NCBI GenBank assembly: GCA_036918135.1
Contig: JBALDB010000048.1
Location: forward strand, 96,001-160,000
Source of the DNA: Nostoc sp.
GTDB lineage: Bacteria > Cyanobacteriota > Cyanobacteriia > Cyanobacteriales > Nostocaceae
Direction of reading: 5' to 3'
Length of the DNA: 64,000 nucleotides
The notes beneath the pieces are model-generated. The model was not told the origin of the DNA. It did no database searches and saw only the letters and a program-made list of their open reading frames with translations. Of the stretch, positions 33,202 to 42,765 are shown piece by piece. The position numbers were made by a program, and so were the translations under genes. Position 1 is the first letter of the stretch, and each line of letters begins with the position of its first letter.

Positions 33202-34665
33202 ATGACAACGCAGCTACTGAACGATCGCTATCAAGTTATCCGCACATTAGGTGCTGGTGGGTTTGGTGAAACCTACCTAGCAGAAGATACCTATATGCCC
33301 TCAAAGCGCCGTTGTGTGGTGAAACGGCTAAGACCAATTCACAATAACCCCCAAATTTATCAGTTAGTCCAAGAGAGGTTTCAACGGGAAGCAGCTATTT
33401 TAGAAGAACTCGGTGGCGCAAATGACCAGATTCCAGCCTTGTATGCCTACTTCTCTTCAGGTGGGGAATTTTACTTAGTTCAGGAGTGGGTTGAAGGTGA
33501 TACCCTAACCGCAAAAGTCCAAAAACAAGGACTATTTAGTGAAGTAGCTATCCAGGAATTATTCATGAATATCTTACCCGTCCTGGATTACGTCCACTCG
33601 AAAAATATAGTTCACCGCGATATCAAACCTGATAACATCATCATGCGTTATCACGACGGGAAATCGGTACTAATTGATTTTGGTGCTGTGCGGGAATCAA
33701 TGGGAACCGTAGTGAATTCCCAAGGGCTACCTACTAGTTCGATTGTAATTGGTACACCTGGGTATATGCCCAGCGAACAAGCCGCAGGTAGACCAGTTTA
33801 TTCGAGTGATTTATACAGTTTGGGAATGACAGTAATTTATTTACTGACTGGGAGAGTAGGACAACAACTAGAGACAGATTCCCGGACTGGTGAAATTGTT
33901 TGGCGACAGTATGCTGGTTATATCAGCCCAATGATGGCAGGAATAATCGATCGCGCCATCGCTTATCATCCACGCGATCGCTATCCCACAGCTAGAGCAA
34001 TGCTGGATGCTTTGCAGAGCATAGCAAATCCAATTCCCCCGACGCAACCCGTCTCGACTCAAGCAACTGTAGTATCTGCACCAGCACCTCAGACAGTCCC
34101 CGTTCAGTCGCAGCCAAACCCTCAAAATAAGAGTCAGAATAATATACTCATCGGTAGTTTGATTGTAGGTGGATTAATCGGTGCAGCTGTAATTATTGGT
34201 CAAATGCTGACAAAATCTTCTCAACCGACAACAGACAAAACAGTATTACCTTCGCAAACACCGTCAACTATTTCCAGTCCGGCGATCCAAACTCCTACAT
34301 TTACACCAGCGACTCCATCTATTCCTACTCAATCTACACCAACTCCCACTCCATTGATAACGCCAGCCGATAACACCACTGTTAATACTTATTTTTGGCT
34401 TTCTCAAAGACCTGTAACTGATGCCGATTTGGACGGTAAAAGCGGTTTTGAATTAGATATTATGCGAAATTCGATATTTGCTAGCCACGGCCGTCGTTTT
34501 GATACACCAGAATTACAAGATTACTTTAATAGCCAACCTTGGTATCGTCCTATATATTCACCAAAAGAATTTTCACCTAAATTGCTTTCAAAGTTAGAGC
34601 AACAGAATGTAGACTATATCAGCAAATATCAAGACCGTTACGGCTTGAGATATTTTAAAAAATAA
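33202..34665 (+). CDS. Ser/Thr protein kinase with TM segment and C-terminal YARHG-type domain
   Basis: LGAGGFG, HRDIKPDN, DFG, GTPGYM; C-terminal ELDIMRNSIFASHGRRF..LQDYFNSQPWY. Confidence 0.92.
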   Translation: MTTQLLNDRYQVIRTLGAGGFGETYLAEDTYMPSKRRCVVKRLRPIHNNPQIYQLVQERFQREAAILEELGGANDQIPALYAYFSSGGEFYLVQEWVEGDTLTAKVQKQGLFSEVAIQELFMNILPVLDYVHSKNIVHRDIKPDNIIMRYHDGKSVLIDFGAVRESMGTVVNSQGLPTSSIVIGTPGYMPSEQAAGRPVYSSDLYSLGMTVIYLLTGRVGQQLETDSRTGEIVWRQYAGYISPMMAGIIDRAIAYHPRDRYPTARAMLDALQSIANPIPPTQPVSTQATVVSAPAPQTVPVQSQPNPQNKSQNNILIGSLIVGGLIGAAVIIGQMLTKSSQPTTDKTVLPSQTPSTISSPAIQTPTFTPATPSIPTQSTPTPTPLITPADNTTVNTYFWLSQRPVTDADLDGKSGFELDIMRNSIFASHGRRFDTPELQDYFNSQPWYRPIYSPKEFSPKLLSKLEQQNVDYISKYQDRYGLRYFKK

Positions 34666-34848
34666 ATTACTGATGTGCTTGTAACCAAACTACTAAATGT
34701 TAGATAGTAGAAAAATCTAAAGAGCTTCATTAAGTGCTTTCACTTAACTACTGGAAAGCTGTTGAATTTGTGCTTGCAACTGGGGAGAAAGTATACTTAG
34801 TCAGTGTCTGAGTTGACGCAAAGCTAGTGACACTTTTTTTCCGACTCT

Positions 34849-35454
34849 CTACAAAGAACCCCCTAACCCTATCTTGTTCTGATTACCCATCTGGATACTG
34901 CATAAAGCTGGACTGATACTAAAGTTACAAGTGTAGGTTGCCAAAGATTCTTTTTGATAATTGAATACCCGAACATTGTAACCAAAGTTTCGTCCAGTGC
35001 TACCTAAACGATTCACAAAATCATAGCGCTGTAGATCGTCTAATATGCTCCAAATTTGCTGATTTACGATCAAATCTACTCGGGCAGGTTCTTTTGCAAA
35101 AGCTGGATATGCGATCCAATTATCCAATAGCTTTTCCTCAAAATTTTCTTGTGCCCACCAGAAACTAGGAACAGTTAATCGTGTTGGATTAATGGTGTTA
35201 GCTGTAATTACATAGTCTTTTGGGTTAGTTAATAAATCTAATTCTAAAGGCGCACTAGAAGGCGAGGGTATTGGAGGTGTTTGTGCTACTGAAGGCGTGG
35301 TTAGTAAAGCACTCAGGCTAATAGTTAGTAGTAATAAAAAGGATGTTTGGCGATGTCTCACGACAAGCCACTTCTCCTGACAAAGACGCTTTGCGTAGCT
35401 TGCTTCTCGGTAGGAGTAAGTCAAGGCGTCTGTACAGAATTTAGGTATATCCAT
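34849..35454 (-). CDS. Conserved cyanobacterial hypothetical exported protein
   Basis: Signal-like segment, then ITANTI...PSFWW...RVDLIVNQQIW...FGYNVRVFN; a repeat insertion sits near the N-terminus. Confidence 0.7.
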   Translation of the reverse strand: MDIPKFCTDALTYSYREASYAKRLCQEKWLVVRHRQTSFLLLLTISLSALLTTPSVAQTPPIPSPSSAPLELDLLTNPKDYVITANTINPTRLTVPSFWWAQENFEEKLLDNWIAYPAFAKEPARVDLIVNQQIWSILDDLQRYDFVNRLGSTGRNFGYNVRVFNYQKESLATYTCNFSISPALCSIQMGNQNKIGLGGSL

Positions 35455-35508
35455 AACTGATACTAATTCGTAATTCATAATTAATATGCTTGTTAAAATT
35501 CGCACAAT

Positions 35509-36285
35509 CTAAATTTTAATAGCAACGATGCGAATTCTTCGATAGTCTGCCTGCCAAGTTCCCTGTTGATACAGTCTTGGCTTCAGATATTCCTCCACGA
35601 CGCGAATTACTTGTATTTGTTGCTCATCAGAAAGTCGTGCTAAAAAACTGCTGGCAAACATCCGAATCCAGTTTGCCATCCCTGCTTCTCCCTCTGTTAA
35701 AGGAGTTGGACGAGCAAATAGGATGCTGTAGATGACATCAAAGCCTTGCTGCTCTAATAGGGTAGCGTACTCACCAATGCTGGGATAATACCAAGGATTC
35801 AGTGCTTGTGCGGAAATATTAATTGCTTCTAAGGCGTTGGATAAAGCTGTGACGATCGCCTGTATATTCCCCTTACCACCAAATTCTGCAACAAAACGCC
35901 CTCCGGGTTTTAGGGCTTGGTGTATGGAAGCGATCGCCCGATCCGCTGGTTTCACCCAATGCAATACAGCGTTGGAAAACACAGCATCAAACGGCTGCTC
36001 AATTTGAAAATTTGTCGCATCTGCAACATCAAAGCGGATATGGGGATAGTTTTCTTTTGCCTTTTCTATCATTGCGGGTGCGCTATCAATTCCCCAGACT
36101 TGAGCGCCAGTTTGGGCAATTTTATCAGTGAGTTGTCCAGTCCCACAGCCAAGATCCAAAATCGATTCTCCTGGCTGGGGGTTGAGTAGTTGCAACAAGT
36201 CTTCGCCATATTGCCAAACAAAGGCGTGTTTATCTTCATACAGGGAAGTGTCCCAATTATTATTGAGTGTCGAAATATTATTCAT
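35509..36285 (-). CDS. Class I SAM-dependent methyltransferase (Tam-like)
   Basis: ILDLGCGTG, FDAVFSNAVLHW, LKPGGRFVAEFGGKGN. Confidence 0.92.
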   Translation of the reverse strand: MNNISTLNNNWDTSLYEDKHAFVWQYGEDLLQLLNPQPGESILDLGCGTGQLTDKIAQTGAQVWGIDSAPAMIEKAKENYPHIRFDVADATNFQIEQPFDAVFSNAVLHWVKPADRAIASIHQALKPGGRFVAEFGGKGNIQAIVTALSNALEAINISAQALNPWYYPSIGEYATLLEQQGFDVIYSILFARPTPLTEGEAGMANWIRMFASSFLARLSDEQQIQVIRVVEEYLKPRLYQQGTWQADYRRIRIVAIKI

Positions 36286-36410
36286 AAACTATGAAATTAC
36301 AATGTGTTGATTTGTCAATCCTCAATCATCTGCTTGAGGTTGATGACTACCTAATCACTACAGTAGAAAAGATTTTTAATCATGTCCAATATATATTTTC
36401 ACCCTAACTA

Positions 36411-36425
36411 ATATTTTAAAGATAT
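36411..36425. promoter_or_regulatory. Putative LysR T-N11-A operator between the divergent methyltransferase and LysR genes
   Basis: ATAT-N7-ATAT dyad 15 nt upstream of the LysR start. Confidence 0.45.
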
Positions 36426-36439
36426 GAGTCAGGTAACAG

Positions 36440-37327
36440 ATGGAACTACGACACTTGCGCTACTTTGTCATCTTGGCAGAAGAACTGCACTTTGGGCGGG
36501 CAGCAGAACGCTTACATATTGCCCAACCTCCCTTGAGTCAACAAATTCGGCAGCTAGAAGGGGAATTAGGTTTTGAACTGTTTCATCGCACGAAACGAAA
36601 TGTGCAGTTAACAGAAGCGGGACAAGTGTTTCTCGGTGAAGTCCAGCAAATTTTCAGGCAACTACAACAGGCTATTCAAGTCGGGCGGCAAACCAGTCGC
36701 GGCGAAATTGGACAGTTAGTGGTTGGCTTTGTGAGTTCTGCTGCGTATAATATTTTGCCAACTATTCTGCGAACCTTCCGTAGTTTAGTTCCTGGTGTGA
36801 GCTTAGAGTTACACGAACTAACTACAGATCGACAGTTAGAGTGGTTGCCAGAAGGTCGAATGGATATAGGATTTGTGCGTCCACCTGTCGAAGAAAATAG
36901 ATTTAGTTGGGAGATAATTTTTCAAGAGCCGCTGATGGTAGCATTACCTGAAGCACATTTGCAAGCTAATGAGTCTGATGTGTGTTTGACATCACTTGCC
37001 AATGAACCGTTTATTTTATTTCCCAGGATATTAGCACCAGGACTTTATGACTTAATCATTAGTCTCTGCCAGCAAGCAGGCTTTAGTCCCAAAGTTGCCC
37101 AAGAAGCCATCCAGATGCAAACGATAGTTAGCTTAGTTGCAGCCGAGATGGGTGTGGCGATCGTGCCAGCATCTTTGCAAAATCTCCAACGAACTGGGGT
37201 AGTTTATAAAACTGTACAAGAATCTACACCAAAAGTGGGTATTGCGATGATTTGGCGAAAAAACGAGACATCCCCAACTGTGCTGAAGTTTGTGGAGATA
37301 GTCAGACAAGTTGCAAACCGATTATGA
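36440..37327 (+). CDS. LysR-family transcriptional regulator
   Basis: MELRHLRYF...HFGRAAERLHIAQPPLSQQIRQLE. Confidence 0.96.
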   Translation: MELRHLRYFVILAEELHFGRAAERLHIAQPPLSQQIRQLEGELGFELFHRTKRNVQLTEAGQVFLGEVQQIFRQLQQAIQVGRQTSRGEIGQLVVGFVSSAAYNILPTILRTFRSLVPGVSLELHELTTDRQLEWLPEGRMDIGFVRPPVEENRFSWEIIFQEPLMVALPEAHLQANESDVCLTSLANEPFILFPRILAPGLYDLIISLCQQAGFSPKVAQEAIQMQTIVSLVAAEMGVAIVPASLQNLQRTGVVYKTVQESTPKVGIAMIWRKNETSPTVLKFVEIVRQVANRL

Positions 37328-37626
37328 ACACAGGGTGTCTCGTTAAGAAATTCGATATAGTTTACTTTCTACCAGTCAACTTATCTAAGAAATCCATTTT
37401 CCCAGCAAAGTTGATAATATCTTGACCTATACGAAAATCTTTGTACTCAGCATTATTCAAAGCCATTTGATTACGAGTCAGAATAGAAGTAGGTATTGAT
37501 TTCAATCCCAAATGACTGTACTTAATTTAGTACCCTGACTTATTGAAAAAGTCGGGGTTATGAGGGTCAAGTGAGTAATAGCAAGTAATTTTGCTAAACT
37601 CTGAATCATCATCAGGAGTAAGTGTG

Positions 37627-38250
37627 ATGTTTCAAGCCTTACCAAAAACAATCACTTTTGAAGAATTCCTAAATTGGAAACCAGATGGTGGATGCTATGA
37701 ACTACATAACGGGGTAATTGTTGAAATGCAGCCAGTAGGAGACCATGAAGAGATTAATGGTTTTTTAGCTGGTGAAATAACTTTAGAGTTTAAACGATTA
37801 AAACTTCCTTACCTCATACTCAAGCAAGCACTAGTCAAGGTTCCTAACAAAGAGTCTGGTTATTCGCCTGATGTAATAGTGATAAATCAAAAAAATCTTT
37901 CGTTAGAACCGATGTGGAAAAAGTCCTCAACAGTCACTCAATCTGCGTCTGTTCCCCTAATTATTGAAGTCGTCAGCACTAATTGGAGGGATGATTATGC
38001 ATCGAAGCTAGTTGACTATGAAACTTTTGGCGTTCCTGAATACTGGATTGTAGATTATTTAGCTTTGGGTGGTAGAAGGTACATAGGTAATCCTAAACAA
38101 CCTACTATTTCCATCTACTATTTAGTGGACGGTGAGTATCAAGTTAACTTGTTTCGGGGTAATGACCAGATTGCATCACCTACATTCCCACAATTGAATT
38201 TGACTGCCGAACAAATTTTTCTAGCCGCCCGGCTTGAAAATAAGTTATGA
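37627..38250 (+). CDS. Uma2 (DUF820) family putative endonuclease
   Basis: TFEEFL, YELHNG, SPDV, IIEVVS, YETFGVPEYWIVD. Confidence 0.92.
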   Translation: MFQALPKTITFEEFLNWKPDGGCYELHNGVIVEMQPVGDHEEINGFLAGEITLEFKRLKLPYLILKQALVKVPNKESGYSPDVIVINQKNLSLEPMWKKSSTVTQSASVPLIIEVVSTNWRDDYASKLVDYETFGVPEYWIVDYLALGGRRYIGNPKQPTISIYYLVDGEYQVNLFRGNDQIASPTFPQLNLTAEQIFLAARLENKL

Positions 38251-40800
38251 CCGCAATGCAGATACTCCCATAGGGCCACGAGTTACGCCCAATTGATTTT
38301 GCAACTTCAACTCTCGCCACAGTTGGGAACCTGTGATTTCACCTTGCAGTAGTTGACGATAGCGATGTATTGTTTTAGTCACTTGTTCTGGTTTCTCATT
38401 CACAAACTCGATACGGAAGTGACGTAATCCCAATTCGAGCAGACGCTGTACGTACTCGGCTCCTGTTTGAGCAGTACCGTTAAATACGGTATTACGACAG
38501 CCTACATCTGCTTTTAGAACGTGTTCGCTACCTACACGGTCTTTTAATTTCACTTCATGCTTTTCACAAGGTCGTCCACAGTTTGTGTAATCTGTTCCTG
38601 TTGAAAGAAAGGCACAAAATACGCAATGTTCCATGTGAAACATCGGCATATGTTGATGGATTGTCACCTCAAACCACTGAGGTGGACAACTGGCGAGCAG
38701 GTCTTCAAGTTGGCTAATGTTTAAGTCATAGGATGCTGTTAGCCGTTCCAAACTATAGCGCTGCTGAAAGTAGTCTGCCGTTAAAGGGTTGGCAACATTA
38801 AGCGAAAAATCTCCGATACAACGGTCTTGGGCAAAGAATTGCAATTGGTCATAGTTGCGTATCAGATAGCCATCTGCCTTTGAAGCACGTACTTGCTGTA
38901 AAATCCAGTTTTCTCCCGGTTTAGTAATTCGGGGTGGTGCTACCCAAATAGTGGGGAGTAGGGATTGTTGTCTTTGTTGATGTACTAGCTGTACTGCTTC
39001 TCGGTAGGCACGAGGGTCTTCAAATTCACAGTAAAGTGTCTCAATACCAGCTTTCAAGGCGGCTTGGAGTTGCTTAAAGTTTCGTACTAGAACGATGAGT
39101 GAAGGAGATGAAAGGGATAAGGAAGATGAGGAGGGGAGTAAGTCTTCAAAAGAAACATCAGAACGTAATTCCCAACGCTTGGGTTGACTCCGCAATTCTT
39201 CCAACTGCGCCACTATATCTCGCCGCATCCGGTTTAACTCACTTACGGGCAGCATAACGGTATCACTGAGACGGTTGGTTAGCTCTCCCAAACAGAAAGG
39301 TGTATTACCGAGACGACCGAATTGTTCTTGCAAACGTTCTGTATCTAGCGGTTTGGTATGCGCCTCCACCAGTGAAATTGCAGACTCTACTTGTACAATA
39401 TTACTGAGTTCATCGCGAGCGATCGCCACTAATTTCTGACCAACTTCTCCATAAACCTCTAAGTCAATCGGACGCTGAAATTGTGGGTTCTCGCCAGCAA
39501 AACTCTGACGCAGTTGTTTATCGAGTTCCGGGTCGCTGGTTTTCCAAACCTTATCGCCTACATGCACCCGACGTAAGTTCAAATCACTTCTACCAAAGGT
39601 CAGCAGAGTTTTCTTACCTTTGGACACTACAGCATAAACCCGGCCGCCTTCTTCCTTCGCCTCTGGATGACCGCAGTCAAACACAATTCCATCTCCCGGT
39701 TTGACAGGTGCTTCTAGTTTGACTGCTATCTGTTCATTGTGAATGCGGGTAACCTCACCGAGATAAACCCCACGTTTTTTACCGAAACGGGCATGAACTA
39801 ATTCCTGATTATTAATCCCGCTAAACCACCCTGTATAGAGTCCGCGAGAAAATGCCATCTCTAAATTGTAGTGTTCCTCAGAAGCAGAAATTTTTTGTGA
39901 TACTTTCCCTACATCCTGTCCCAATTCCTCCATCACCCGATTCAGGGCTTGGCGATATACATGGGTAACATTAGCAACATACTCAGGGGCTTTCAAACGA
40001 CCTTCAATTTTCAAACAAGTTACACCTGATTTCACCAAATCTGGCAAAACATCTAATCCTGCTAGGTCTTGAGGACTGAGTAAGTATTTGCGTTCTTTTA
40101 AATTCACAACTTCCCCGTCAGCGATTAACTCGTAGGGCATCCGGCAAGCTTGGGCACATTCACCTCGGTTAGCAGAACGTCCGCCTAAAGCCTCACTAGT
40201 CAAACACTGACCGGAATACGCCACGCACAAAGCACCGTGAACAAAGACCTCTAGGGGTAAGGAAGCATCTTGTTGCACAATCTGCTGCTGAATTTTATTG
40301 ATTTCTTTGAGAGAACATTCACGTGCCAGTACCACCAATTGACAGCCGAGAGACTTGGCAAATTCCACTCCAGCCGTACTAGTGATAGTCATTTGTGTAG
40401 AAGCATGGATGGGAAAATCGGGCGAGAGGTGACGGATGAGACGGCATATACCAATATCTTGAACAATCACCGCATCTACACCTGCTGCAATAATTGTGCG
40501 GAGATATTGTTGCGCTTGTGCTAGTTCTTTAAGAAATATTAGTGTGTTGACAGTGACATAACCCTTTACGCCTCGACGGTGCAGAAATCTCATCAATTGG
40601 GGCAAGTCTGCCTCAGTAAAATTTTGTGCCCGCATTCTGGCGTTAAAGCGATCCAAACCAAAGTAAATTGCATCTGCTCCATTTTCCACAGCAGCTTTAG
40701 CACATTCCCAGTTACCTGCTGGTGCAAGTAGTTCGGGACGTTGAAGAGAAGGTGGGGAAGAAGGGCTTAGGCGTAGCCCATCGGAGATATCGCTTTTCAT
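38245..40800 (-). CDS. Peptidase U32 family protein with DUF3656 (RlhA-like RNA hydroxylase)
   Basis: ELLAPAG, GADAIYFG, HGALCVAYSGQC, SANRGECAQACR, KIEGR. Confidence 0.9.
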   Translation of the reverse strand: MKSDISDGLRLSPSSPPSLQRPELLAPAGNWECAKAAVENGADAIYFGLDRFNARMRAQNFTEADLPQLMRFLHRRGVKGYVTVNTLIFLKELAQAQQYLRTIIAAGVDAVIVQDIGICRLIRHLSPDFPIHASTQMTITSTAGVEFAKSLGCQLVVLARECSLKEINKIQQQIVQQDASLPLEVFVHGALCVAYSGQCLTSEALGGRSANRGECAQACRMPYELIADGEVVNLKERKYLLSPQDLAGLDVLPDLVKSGVTCLKIEGRLKAPEYVANVTHVYRQALNRVMEELGQDVGKVSQKISASEEHYNLEMAFSRGLYTGWFSGINNQELVHARFGKKRGVYLGEVTRIHNEQIAVKLEAPVKPGDGIVFDCGHPEAKEEGGRVYAVVSKGKKTLLTFGRSDLNLRRVHVGDKVWKTSDPELDKQLRQSFAGENPQFQRPIDLEVYGEVGQKLVAIARDELSNIVQVESAISLVEAHTKPLDTERLQEQFGRLGNTPFCLGELTNRLSDTVMLPVSELNRMRRDIVAQLEELRSQPKRWELRSDVSFEDLLPSSSSLSLSSPSLIVLVRNFKQLQAALKAGIETLYCEFEDPRAYREAVQLVHQQRQQSLLPTIWVAPPRITKPGENWILQQVRASKADGYLIRNYDQLQFFAQDRCIGDFSLNVANPLTADYFQQRYSLERLTASYDLNISQLEDLLASCPPQWFEVTIHQHMPMFHMEHCVFCAFLSTGTDYTNCGRPCEKHEVKLKDRVGSEHVLKADVGCRNTVFNGTAQTGAEYVQRLLELGLRHFRIEFVNEKPEQVTKTIHRYRQLLQGEITGSQLWRELKLQNQLGVTRGPMGVSALRS
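40765..40793 (-). mobile_element. SDR5-like 21-nt insertion in a HIP1 site; other copies at 41900-41928 (+), 42672-42700 (-) and a degenerate one at 11978-12005 (+)
   Basis: GCGAT[ATCTCCGATGGGCTACGCCTA]AGC; GCGAT[ATCTTTGATGTGCTACGCCTA]CGC; GCGAT[GCCTACGGCGGGCTGCGCCTA]TGC. Confidence 0.8.
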
Positions 40801-40940
40801 TAGACTTGGGGTTAAGTAGCACCATAGTGATTTTATCTAAGTTGATGGGGGATGAGGGGAAGGGAGGCGATCGCTATCTCCACCCTAGTGTTTTAATTCA
40901 CCTAGAGTAATAAAAAACGATCCTATTTTCCAAATATTGT

Positions 40941-40955
40941 GTGTACATTGTCCAC
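40941..40955. promoter_or_regulatory. Putative antitoxin operator dyad upstream of the TA operon
   Basis: Near-palindrome GTGTACA-T-TGTCCAC about 50 nt before the ATG at 41007. Confidence 0.5.
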
Positions 40956-41006
40956 TAATATTAGCTATGCTGTAAATAGAGACTCAGCTAAAAGTGGGAA
41001 TTAGCC

Positions 41007-41291
41007 ATGTCAGAAACATCATCTGCAAAAGATTGTCGTATCGATTTACGAGTCACCCAAGAACAAAAAGAACTACTAGAACGTGCTGCAAGTCTCAAAG
41101 GAATTTCTTTGAGTGCTTATACACTTTTTCATGTTTTGCCAGTCGCCAAGCAAGATATAGATGCAAATGAAAGGCTGGTGCTGTCTAATCTTGATAGAGA
41201 TTTATTTATGTCAGTAATGGAAAACCCGCCAGAACTGAAGGGAAAACTCAAATCTGCTATTCACAAATATAGACAGAAGTATGACAAGTGA
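41007..41291 (+). CDS. DUF1778 (TacA/AtaR-like) RHH antitoxin
   Basis: RIDLRVTQEQKELLERAA...LS..DRDLF...ENPP. Confidence 0.9.
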   Translation: MSETSSAKDCRIDLRVTQEQKELLERAASLKGISLSAYTLFHVLPVAKQDIDANERLVLSNLDRDLFMSVMENPPELKGKLKSAIHKYRQKYDK

Positions 41292-41805
41292 TAGCGAGGT
41301 AAGATGGAATTTTGTACCAATAGAGAAAAAGCATCAAAGAGATTCTTTTGATTGCGGTTATGCAATTTTGAATGATTATCTTAAGAAATATGCACGGCAA
41401 AATCATAACAGGGGAATTGCTAAAACATTTGTAGCAATTTCGGCATCAGGAAGCTTGAAGATTGATGGCTATTATACTGTCAGTGCTAGTGTTATTGAGT
41501 ATGAATCGTTGCCAGAATCTTATCATCGTGGGATGCCTGCCTATCCAATTCCAGCAATACTAATTGGGAGATTAGCAGTAGATAATTCGGTTAAAGGACA
41601 AGGTTTGGGAGGTGAATTATTAGTTGATGCTCTTTATCGCGCTGTTTGTGCTTCCCAAGAAATTGGAATATATGCTGTGAGAGTTGATGCTATTGATTTT
41701 CAGGCAAAGGAATTTTATCTCAAGTATGAGTTTATTCCTTTTCAAGACAATGAACTCTCACTATTTCTGCTAATAACAACGATAGTTAGAGAGTTTGGTG
41801 AATAG
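41281..41805 (+). CDS. GNAT-family toxin (TacT/AtaT-like)
   Basis: HQRDSFDCG..LNDYL, IPAILIGRLAVD..KGQGLGGELL, VDA...FY; 11-nt overlap with the antitoxin. Confidence 0.9.
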   Translation: MTSDSEVRWNFVPIEKKHQRDSFDCGYAILNDYLKKYARQNHNRGIAKTFVAISASGSLKIDGYYTVSASVIEYESLPESYHRGMPAYPIPAILIGRLAVDNSVKGQGLGGELLVDALYRAVCASQEIGIYAVRVDAIDFQAKEFYLKYEFIPFQDNELSLFLLITTIVREFGE

Positions 41806-41931
41806 AGCTATATAAATCTTAAAAGTTACTGGTAAAAGAGCGTAGACGCTTCTTCAGCTTGTCGTCAGGCGATCGCCTTTGTCAACTGAGACAAATTAAG
41901 CGATATCTTTGATGTGCTACGCCTACGCACA

Positions 41932-42549
41932 TTACCCCAATCCCTCAACATCAGTACTTTCACCTTTCAACTCAACAGGCTCAAACTTCACTTTGTTGTA
42001 TAAATCTTGTAAATAAATCTCAAAGGGTACAGTTACAAGTACGATCGCTTCATCTTCTTCATCATATTCACGAAGCGTCCATTGCTTTTTCCCGGTTTTA
42101 GAAAATTGATTTACATGAATCCGAGTTTGGTCAATTAATAGATATTCTTGGAAGGTAGAAATTGTCCGGTAAGCCTCAAATTTATCTTCGCGATCGTAGC
42201 CTTTGGTGGATTTTGATAAAACTTCCACAATAATCTGGGGGTTGACAATTATATCGCTCCGGTTGTTGAAATATTCCGGTTCACCTGCCAGAATCATCAC
42301 ATCTGGATAGGTGTAGGTACGCTTTTGGTGTATCCATAGACGAATATCACCCATGAAAACTTCGTAATCTTGCTGTCGAAATGCAAAATTTAAGGCAGCA
42401 CTTAGATTCAGTGAGATTCGATTGTGATTTATCGTTCCACCCGCCATAGGAATTATTTGTCCGTCAATATATTCACTTTTGTAGTCAGCAGCTTCTTCTA
42501 GCTCTAAATATTCCTCTGGAGTATAGTATCGCTGTTGTGTTATTTGCAT
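41932..42549 (-). CDS. Uma2 (DUF820) family putative endonuclease
   Basis: YTPEEYLELE, EYIDG, YPDV, VEVLSKST..YDREDKF. Confidence 0.92.
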   Translation of the reverse strand: MQITQQRYYTPEEYLELEEAADYKSEYIDGQIIPMAGGTINHNRISLNLSAALNFAFRQQDYEVFMGDIRLWIHQKRTYTYPDVMILAGEPEYFNNRSDIIVNPQIIVEVLSKSTKGYDREDKFEAYRTISTFQEYLLIDQTRIHVNQFSKTGKKQWTLREYDEEDEAIVLVTVPFEIYLQDLYNKVKFEPVELKGESTDVEGLG

Positions 42550-42765
42550 AGTTCTATTGAGTAGTAATTTTTAATGGTACAAAGCGTCTAGACACTAAAG
42601 AGATTTCACGCATCTTTACCGAACAGTTTAACGTGGTTAAATAGAGGTATTATGTGCTTTGTACAAAGTGAGCATAGGCGCAGCCCGCCGTAGGCATCGC
42701 TATTTGAATTCATTAAGTAGCTCACTTCATAAATAAACTGTAGTGAGGGCTGATAGCCCCCTTTT

